In this document: in pieces, positions 58,103 to 63,811 of the stretch
How positions within the stretch are numbered: position 1 is the first letter of the stretch
Layout of the letters: every line of letters starts with the position of its first letter
Origin: an uncultured Gammaproteobacteria bacterium
GTDB lineage: Bacteria > Patescibacteriota > Microgenomatia > Levybacterales > GWA1-39-11
NCBI GenBank assembly: GCA_964427615.1
Contig: CAYRUR010000006.1
Location: 1 to 63,811 of the forward strand
Length of the DNA: 63,811 bases
Direction: 5' to 3'
Translations under genes and position numbers: made by a program
Notes under the pieces: model-generated
What the model saw: the letters and a program-made list of their open reading frames with translations, nothing else
Told to the model about the DNA's origin: nothing
The model's database searches: none

Positions 58103-58260
58103 AACCAGTAAAAATAAACGGATACAACAACGCATTTTACATTTCTTTTGAAGTTGCAGATTGGAAGAGTTTTAGTTTGTATCACTCTTGGCTCAAGAAA
58201 GTACAAAAAGAAAGTATTTCCCTTTTTGAGAAATTAAAAGGTAAAAACAAAAAGCAGTAA
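58099..58260 (+). CDS. candidate 53-aa ORF (ATGA-coupled to the previous ORF)
   Basis: Hand translation gives MKPVKINGYNNAFYISFEVADWKSFSLYHSWLKKVQKESISLFEKLKGKNKKQ. It is supported only by the stop/start overlap. Confidence 0.3.
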   Translation: MKPVKINGYNNAFYISFEVADWKSFSLYHSWLKKVQKESISLFEKLKGKNKKQ

Positions 58261-58328
58261 AATGATATACACGCTTCTCTTTTCTCCTTGACGGAATTGG
58301 TTATTTATATCCATAATAAAAGCTAGAT

Positions 58329-58739
58329 ATGTTATATCCGGGTATGAATTTATTTGCAGTAATTGTAGCCGCTGTTGCTTTCATGATTTTGGGAATGGCC
58401 TGGTATTCCCCTATGCTCTTTGGCAAACTTTGGATGAATGCTATGGGTAAAACAGAAGATGAGATGAAGAATGTAAATCCTGGTATGTCCTATATGGCTA
58501 TGACAGTACTTTCACTCTTTATGGCGTATGTTTTGGCCTACGTTCTTTATCTTGCCAGTGCTACCGATTTCTCAAAAGCTGTTGTTACTGGATTCTGGGT
58601 TTGGCTTGGGTTTATTATACCGGTATCTGCTACAACTGTATTTTTTGAAGGAAGATCTTTGCGTCTTTTCATACTCAATGCAGGGTATTATTTAGTAGGA
58701 ATTATATTGATGTCTGCTCTTCTTTCTTTGTGGATATAA
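58329..58739 (+). CDS. DUF1761-like membrane protein
   Basis: 136-aa ORF with four TM segments. The N-terminal VAAVAFMILGMAWYSPMLFGKLW matches the DUF1761 pattern as recalled. Confidence 0.6.
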   Translation: MLYPGMNLFAVIVAAVAFMILGMAWYSPMLFGKLWMNAMGKTEDEMKNVNPGMSYMAMTVLSLFMAYVLAYVLYLASATDFSKAVVTGFWVWLGFIIPVSATTVFFEGRSLRLFILNAGYYLVGIILMSALLSLWI

Positions 58740-58810
58740 AAGCATTATCTGAAGTTACTCTACTCTTGGTGTTAAACTCTCTATCAGTGTCTCATTTTTT
58801 GTCTAAAACC

Positions 58811-58970
58811 TATTTCAAAACCTCTCTCTTATTGTCATTCTGGTAAGCCGATAGGCGAATCTCTATGAGTCTGAGGCTTTTAAGCCGAATGACCAGAATC
58901 TGTAACGGAAAAAATCTGATTCTGGACAAGTCCTTCGACCATGAGCTCAGGACCGAATGGCCAGAATGAC
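58811..58970. repeat. tandem/inverted copies of the gtcattctgg...ccagaatgac element
   Basis: tatttcaaaacctctctcttattgtcattctgg...ccgaatgaccagaatc...gattctggacaagtccttcgaccatgagct...ggccagaatgac. The left flank and core are shared with 63603-63710. Confidence 0.65.
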
Positions 58971-59024
58971 TGATTTTGAAATGAGTTCTAGTAAAACTAA
59001 AGTTTTTGTTTTGCTGGGTAGCAA

Positions 59025-59987
59025 CTATTTATTCTTTGCTTTTGCTACTGCTGGAGTGAAAGCTTTTTCAATATCTTTGTATGCAATTTGAGATTTTCTG
59101 AAGAAATAGCCTACGATAGCAAATGTGGCAAGAGGAGAAAGCCATTCAGGAATATGAAGCCCAAAACTATCTGCAAGCATGATAATGCCAAGTATAAGGA
59201 TGGAGTACATAGCACCATTTTTGAGGTATTTATACTTTTTAATTCGGTCTATATTTGAAATAGTAAATCTTCTTAGTACGTATGCTCCGATACCGTTGCC
59301 AAGGAAAATAAGTGGTACTGAAAAAGTGAAAGCAAATGCGCCTATAACTCCGTCAATAGAAAATGAAGCATCAAGTACCTCAAGGTATGCGATTTTACTA
59401 ATATCTGAAAGATTACTTTTTTGGGTCAGCATTTGGGATTCCACTTTTTCTGCGTACTCGCGAAAACCATGAATAATAAAAAATGCGGTAGAGCCAATGA
59501 CTGCGCTAAAAGCCATGTACATATTTTTTTGGAGTGCAAACCAGACGACTACAGTAAGTAGTACGGAGACAATGGTAAAAAACCAGGCTCCTTGGTCTTG
59601 AAAAAATTTTTCACCTTTGAGACCAAAATTTTTGGGTTCTACAAAGAGCCAATGAAGAAAAAGGAATATTAAAAATATGCCACCTCCTACTAAGAGTAAA
59701 GGAGCAGAATGCTCTATTTTAGCTGCAACTGCTTCGTCTCCGGTAAACGTTGCGGTAAGTGCTTCAATGGGGCCAATACCAGGAGTGCTGAACCAAACAA
59801 TAAATAATGGTAATAGTCCTCTTACTGCAATAACTGCTATCAAAAATCCCCATACCAAAAACCATCTTCGTGCTTTCTCTTTCATGCCGGAAAGCACTTC
59901 TGCGTTGATAATAGCATTGTCGATACTGGTGATAATTTCAAAGAGAGAAAGTCCCAGAACAGTTAATAGAATGAAGAGAATTTCCAT
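59025..59987 (-). CDS. DUF475/TerC-like integral membrane protein
   Basis: 320-aa polytopic ORF. The N-terminal EIITSIDNAIINAEVL motif is repeated later as LDASFSIDGVIGAFA. Confidence 0.7.
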   Translation of the reverse strand: MEILFILLTVLGLSLFEIITSIDNAIINAEVLSGMKEKARRWFLVWGFLIAVIAVRGLLPLFIVWFSTPGIGPIEALTATFTGDEAVAAKIEHSAPLLLVGGGIFLIFLFLHWLFVEPKNFGLKGEKFFQDQGAWFFTIVSVLLTVVVWFALQKNMYMAFSAVIGSTAFFIIHGFREYAEKVESQMLTQKSNLSDISKIAYLEVLDASFSIDGVIGAFAFTFSVPLIFLGNGIGAYVLRRFTISNIDRIKKYKYLKNGAMYSILILGIIMLADSFGLHIPEWLSPLATFAIVGYFFRKSQIAYKDIEKAFTPAVAKAKNK

Positions 59988-60151
59988 ACAAAAGTATATT
60001 ATAGCAAAAACAATTCATCTTGTAATCTGCAATGTTTTTGGTACAATATGAAGGTACATTAACTGGAAAATTTGCATTTTTGTGCATTATTAAATCAAGG
60101 ATTTTCTGAATTAAAACCATAAAGAATTTGGAGAAAACTTGATTTTGACAT

Positions 60152-60233
60152 GGGCTTGTGGTGAAATTGGTATACACGCAGTCTTGAGGTGGCTGTGCCG
60201 TATGGCGTGGAGGTTCGAGTCCTCTCAAGCCCA
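60152..60233 (+). tRNA. tRNA-Leu (anticodon GAG)
   Basis: gggcttgtggtgaaattggtatacacgcagtcTTGAGGTggctg is followed by a long variable arm and ggttcgagtcctctcaagccca. Confidence 0.9.
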
Positions 60234-60314
60234 CACTTCGGCAAGCTCAGTGTAAACTGGGCATGACGAAGGGTTGTAGAGGGCGAGAAGTTTATCCTGA
60301 GCAAAGTCGAAGGA

Positions 60315-60331
60315 AGTCCTCTCAAGCCCAC
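60315..60331 (+). repeat. 17-nt duplicate of the tRNA-Leu(GAG) 3' end
   Basis: agtcctctcaagcccac occurs at 60218-60234 (inside the tRNA) and again at 60315-60331. The 80-nt filler is made of window repeat modules. Confidence 0.8.
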
Positions 60332-60479
60332 TATTCACTCTCAGAGTGAGAAATTGTAAATTCTAAAAATTGTTTAAAATTTGTTCCTAACTCAGTTGTT
60401 TAATACTTTCTCCCAAATTAAAAGAGGCCACTATAAAAGCGACCTCTCTAAGATTGTTTCTTCGATGGTGTTTTGACTA

Positions 60480-60785
60480 TTACCAATCCCATCCATAGCT
60501 ATAATCCCAGTCGTACCACGAAGGAGTATACCAATCAGATGAGTAATCATATGATGAGTAATAGTAGGAATCATTATATCCATATCCATTTGAGTAAGAT
60601 GGTCCTGAATAACTATAGTTGTCGTAAGTATAAGCATTAGGACGTGATCGGTAATGGCCTTGGACGTAAGTTCCATTACTTTTATAGTATCCGTTTACCC
60701 AATATGCTTCTGTAGGTTTTGCTTCAGTTAAAACGAAACTTGCTATTGCTATTAAAGAGATAAGTATTAAAAGTAATCTTTTCAT
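60480..60785 (-). CDS. secreted Tyr/Trp/Ser/Asp-rich low-complexity protein
   Basis: 101-aa ORF with a signal peptide (MKRLLLILISLIAIASFVLTEA), then YWVNGYYKSNGTYVQGHYRSRPN and the aromatic-rich tail ...DWYTPSWYDWDYSYGWDW. Confidence 0.55.
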   Translation of the reverse strand: MKRLLLILISLIAIASFVLTEAKPTEAYWVNGYYKSNGTYVQGHYRSRPNAYTYDNYSYSGPSYSNGYGYNDSYYYSSYDYSSDWYTPSWYDWDYSYGWDW

Positions 60786-60916
60786 CTAATTCACCTCCTT
60801 CCAAATTTTATTATAACAATTTTTGTAAACTGTAGTTTACGTAATTTTGAAAATGGTGATTATAAAAATGTAAGGGAAAGTAAACTCCACTATTCATTCT
60901 TTGTTATAATACCCCC

Positions 60917-61543
60917 ATGAAATCAGAAAAGGTAAATAAAACTCACCTACTGGTGTTCGTAATAGTCGCAACGTTTATTCTTGGCTATCTTGCCGTCTTT
61001 AGTCCCATTGGTATTATTGCTTCACAGAAAAACATAGAGCTTGCTAAAAAAAATAATGTTATCTCCCCTACCCCTATTACTGATTATGTACCTATTGTTG
61101 CTACCCCTACACCTTCTCCTACTGATGTCCCTACTCCTCAAGTGGTTAGAAAAATACATCCTACACCCACTCCTACACTTATACCTACACCAGTACCTCA
61201 AGAGACATATACAGGAGAGCCTTTAGTTAGTTGTGTTTTAAGTTATGGTGTCTACATGATAACCGCAAGTAGTTGTGAGTCTCTTAAAAAGATGGATAAG
61301 GAATGGACAATATCTGATCCTGCTCCAATAAATACTGTTACTCCTACCCCCACTATCACAGAAGAGCAAGCACAGGCCTTGATAGATCAATACAATAGTG
61401 AAGTGCAAAGGTGTCAAGATAATGTGGTAAACAAGTATCAAAGTCTTATGCAAGGCTGCACAAGATACGGCGGTTCTGCTTATCAAGTCTGCGTCCAAGA
61501 GTACTCAAAACAAAGAGATGCAGAATATAATTCTTGTGGCTAG
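60917..61543 (+). CDS. membrane-anchored protein with Pro/Thr linker and Cys-containing C-terminal domain
   Basis: 208-aa ORF with an N-terminal TM segment, TPTPSPTDVPTP..PTPTPTLIPTPVP, and a C-terminal region with 6 Cys. Confidence 0.5.
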   Translation: MKSEKVNKTHLLVFVIVATFILGYLAVFSPIGIIASQKNIELAKKNNVISPTPITDYVPIVATPTPSPTDVPTPQVVRKIHPTPTPTLIPTPVPQETYTGEPLVSCVLSYGVYMITASSCESLKKMDKEWTISDPAPINTVTPTPTITEEQAQALIDQYNSEVQRCQDNVVNKYQSLMQGCTRYGGSAYQVCVQEYSKQRDAEYNSCG

Positions 61544-61618
61544 TTACCCTCTTAAAATAAACGATTGTTTTTGATATAATTCCTTTCACGGGTAGGAGAA
61601 GTGGATGTTTTTTATTTT

Positions 61619-61692
61619 GGGCTCCTAGCTCAGTTGGTTAGAGCGCCTCGTTTACACCGAGGAGGCCAGGGGTTCGAGTCCCTTGGAGCCCA
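61619..61692 (+). tRNA. tRNA-Val (anticodon TAC)
   Basis: gggctcctagctcagttggttagagcgcctcgTTTACACcgagg...ggttcgagtcccttggagccca. Confidence 0.9.
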
Positions 61693-61778
61693 CAAAGTCA
61701 GACGCAGTTTTGCAGATGACAGGGTGATGTAATTTGACTTAGCACCTTTAGTTAGCATATATTTTACATTATTAGTTT

Positions 61779-61851
61779 GCCGAGATTGCCAAGTTGGTCA
61801 AGGCGCTTGTCTGAAGAACAAGTTATCCGGGTTCGATTCCTGGTCTCGGCA
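61779..61851 (+). tRNA. tRNA-Phe (anticodon GAA)
   Basis: gccgagattgccaagttggtcaaggcgcttgtCTGAAGAacaag...gggttcgattcctggtctcggca. The D-arm is unusual for tRNA-Phe. Confidence 0.8.
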
Positions 61852-61882
61852 CACTTCACTACGTTCAGTGTAAACTAAAGAA

Positions 61883-62131
61883 GTGAGAATCTTTGTTTAT
61901 ATACTTGAGTGCGCTGATAAGAGTTATTATACTGGGATTACTTGGAATTTAAGAAAAAGGATTAGAGAACATAATAATCATATAAAAAGTCCTTTGCAGA
62001 AGAGCAAAATTCCAGTAAAGTTAGTATATTGGGAGGAGTGTGCAGATAGACAAACTGCTGCAAGAAGGGAAAGAGAAATTAAAGGTTGGAGAAGAGAGAA
62101 GAAAGAAGATTTGATTGAAAGTTTACGCTGA
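61883..62131 (+). CDS. stand-alone GIY-YIG nuclease-family protein
   Basis: 82-aa ORF opening with GTG. It has IFVYILECADKSYYTGITWNLRKRIREH and REREIKGWRREKK. It is a paralog of 36256-36513. Confidence 0.75.
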   Translation: MRIFVYILECADKSYYTGITWNLRKRIREHNNHIKSPLQKSKIPVKLVYWEECADRQTAARREREIKGWRREKKEDLIESLR

Positions 62132-62153
62132 AATCATTGAAAATGATTGAAGT

Positions 62154-62225
62154 GCGGTGGTAGTTCAGTGGTAGAACGCTTCCTTGCCAAGGAAGAGGTC
62201 GGGAGTTCGAACCTCCTCCACCGCT
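62154..62225 (+). tRNA. tRNA-Gly (anticodon GCC)
   Basis: gcggtggtagttcagtggtagaacgcttccTTGCCAAggaag...gggagttcgaacctcctccaccgct. Confidence 0.9.
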
Positions 62226-62263
62226 CACGTTGACAATTGTTTATAAAAACTACGACAAACTGC

Positions 62264-63058
62264 ATGAGTGATAAGAAAGATTTATTAACTCGCCTATTTA
62301 ACCCCCAGTCTCATAAGTGTCTTGTTGTTCCTATTGATTATGGCGTTTATAAAGGACCTATTACAGAAGTAGAGCAAATTGACCAAGTCTTACCTATTCT
62401 TAGTCGTTACCACGTAAATGCAGTCCTTTTACATAAAGGCCTTATCAAACATTATTCCTCTATGTTAAGTAAAAACTCTCTCAATTACTTCATGCATATT
62501 AGCGCATCTACTGGTTTGGGTAATCCATTAAGAAAGGTTTTGGTTGGTTCTGTTGAGGAAGCAAAAAATCTAGGAGCGATTGGAGTTTCCATGTTGGTTT
62601 ATCTTGGAAATGAGTATGAATCTGAGATGTTAAAAATGCTAGGAGAAGTATCATTGCAAGCTGACAAGCAGGGTTTACTCCTTTATGCAATGATGTATGT
62701 TGCAGACCATAAAAAAATACAAGGTAAAACAAAATTTGTAGAAAATACAGATATCCATGCTGTTAAATGGGCTGCTCGAGTGGGATTTGAATTAGGAGTT
62801 GATATTCTCGAAGTGCGATACCCTAAACAAATTACTCAACTTTCTGAGATAGTGAAAGTATGTCCAATACCTGTATTGATAGCAGATAGTGCAAAGTTTT
62901 CAAATGATGAATTTACTACATTGTTGAAGAAAGTTTCTAACGAAACTATAAGCGGTGTATCTTTATCCAAAAGGGTATTAAACGTAGAAAATGGTAAAAG
63001 ATTTCTGAATGAAGCAAATAAAATATTAAATGGTGTAAAATCGATGGAAAAGATGTAA
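62264..63058 (+). CDS. class I aldolase-fold protein (DhnA/FbaB/LsrF-like), possibly catalytically divergent
   Basis: Start trimmed to ATG 62264. LVVPIDYG stands in place of the usual PxDHG. GVDILEVRYP stands where I expect the GADxxK Schiff-base lysine (from recollection). Confidence 0.55.
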   Translation: MSDKKDLLTRLFNPQSHKCLVVPIDYGVYKGPITEVEQIDQVLPILSRYHVNAVLLHKGLIKHYSSMLSKNSLNYFMHISASTGLGNPLRKVLVGSVEEAKNLGAIGVSMLVYLGNEYESEMLKMLGEVSLQADKQGLLLYAMMYVADHKKIQGKTKFVENTDIHAVKWAARVGFELGVDILEVRYPKQITQLSEIVKVCPIPVLIADSAKFSNDEFTTLLKKVSNETISGVSLSKRVLNVENGKRFLNEANKILNGVKSMEKM

Positions 63059-63115
63059 GCAATATTTACTATTATACAGCTTTTTCTAAATCTAAAAGCA
63101 AAAATTAACTATATT

Positions 63116-63586
63116 ATGTATAATCACGTACCAAAAGATTACAAATGCCCTATTTGTCTTGCTGTAAATGGTATTGAGAGCGAAGACACTATGATGAAGC
63201 AAGATGATATTTTTTATCGTGATGATCTGGTAATGGCTGTAATAAATTCAAAATTTATTGATAGTAATCCAGGACATGCCATTGTAGTTCCCTTAAAACA
63301 TTATGAAAATATCTATGACCTTCCTCAAAAAGAAGCAAATCAAATCATGAAAGTAGCAAGAGAAGTAGCACTTGCAATGAAAAAAATCAGAAGATGTGAT
63401 GGGATTATGATTTTACAAAATAACGAACCGGCGAGTAATCAACACGCTTTCCATTATCACATGCATGTTTTTCCCAGATTTGATAACGATGACATTCATA
63501 AGAATATGTCTAACGTAAGAGTTACTTCCCCTGAAGAAAGAAAACCATATGCGTCTCCGATGAGAGAATACTTTGACAAAATATAG
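63116..63586 (+). CDS. HIT-family nucleotide hydrolase/transferase
   Basis: 156-aa ORF with an N-terminal CPIC and the histidine triad HAFHYHMHVFPR. Confidence 0.85.
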   Translation: MYNHVPKDYKCPICLAVNGIESEDTMMKQDDIFYRDDLVMAVINSKFIDSNPGHAIVVPLKHYENIYDLPQKEANQIMKVAREVALAMKKIRRCDGIMILQNNEPASNQHAFHYHMHVFPRFDNDDIHKNMSNVRVTSPEERKPYASPMREYFDKI

Positions 63587-63602
63587 ACTAAAAGACTAAA
63601 AC

Positions 63603-63710
63603 TATTTCAAAATCTCTTTATCTTGTTATTCTAGTCGTTTGCATCTTAGCTCATGGTTGAAGGACTTGCCCAGAATCTGATTCTGGAGTCGCTCTGTTCC
63701 TCAGAATGAC
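63603..63710. repeat. copy of the gtcattctgg/ccagaatgac element family
   Basis: tatttcaaaatctctttatcttgttattctag...agctcatggttgaaggacttgcccagaatc...cctcagaatgac. It is partly inverted relative to 58911-58970. Confidence 0.65.
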
Positions 63711-63771
63711 CGGTTCTCAAATAACTGCTAACTACTCTCTCCTAATTAAATGTTTTTTTTAATAACTCCAT

Positions 63772-63800
63772 ACTTAAATCCCCGACTGTAAGGTCGAGGG
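63772..63800 (+). repeat. right copy of the window-end 29-nt hairpin repeat
   Basis: acttaaatccccgactgtaaggtcgaggg versus 14-42 acttaaatccccgaccgtaaggtcgtggg. The hairpin is preserved. Confidence 0.6.
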
Positions 63801-63811
63801 CTGGAGTAATC

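Noticed and set aside
60315-60331. Second tRNA gene downstream of tRNA-Leu(GAG)
   Set aside because: Only the last 17 nt of the acceptor/T-arm are duplicated. No D-arm or anticodon arm precedes them.

Overview
Low-GC, gene-dense bacterial window. The content looks like a reduced CPR/Patescibacteria-type genome; this is inferred from domain-minimised housekeeping proteins, a large type IV pilus locus and many apparently leaderless genes. Core genes present: xer recombinase, folD, gyrA, ppa, gyrB, trmD-rpsP-rnc-nusB-rpmF-recG-tyrS, a class A PBP, the thrS-infC-rpmI-rplT-(leader)-pheS-pheT block, ilvA/ridA, tig and seven tRNAs. A roughly 14-kb type IV pilus cluster (pilC/T/B, major pilin, pilD, six pilin-like genes, pilM/N/O) is interrupted by an intact IS481-like element with inverted repeats and a 5-bp target duplication. 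Nearly every long intergenic spacer is a mosaic of short, reused palindromic repeat modules. The most unusual region is 50.4-53.1 kb. It holds three paralogous cassettes (promoter, leaderless mini-ORF, antiterminator/terminator with three-way compensatory changes) that resemble a Phe/Tyr-rich pheM-like attenuator upstream of pheST. These cassettes drive a visibly GC-rich, strongly Shine-Dalgarno-dependent island of three unassignable small proteins with Arg/Lys-rich tails, followed by a roughly 200-nt nested-helix RNA. A second GC-rich islet (about 56.96-57.48 kb) encodes a Cys/His mini-protein and shares a 5'-UTR box with the island. All homology calls are motif recognition by eye; no searches were run.
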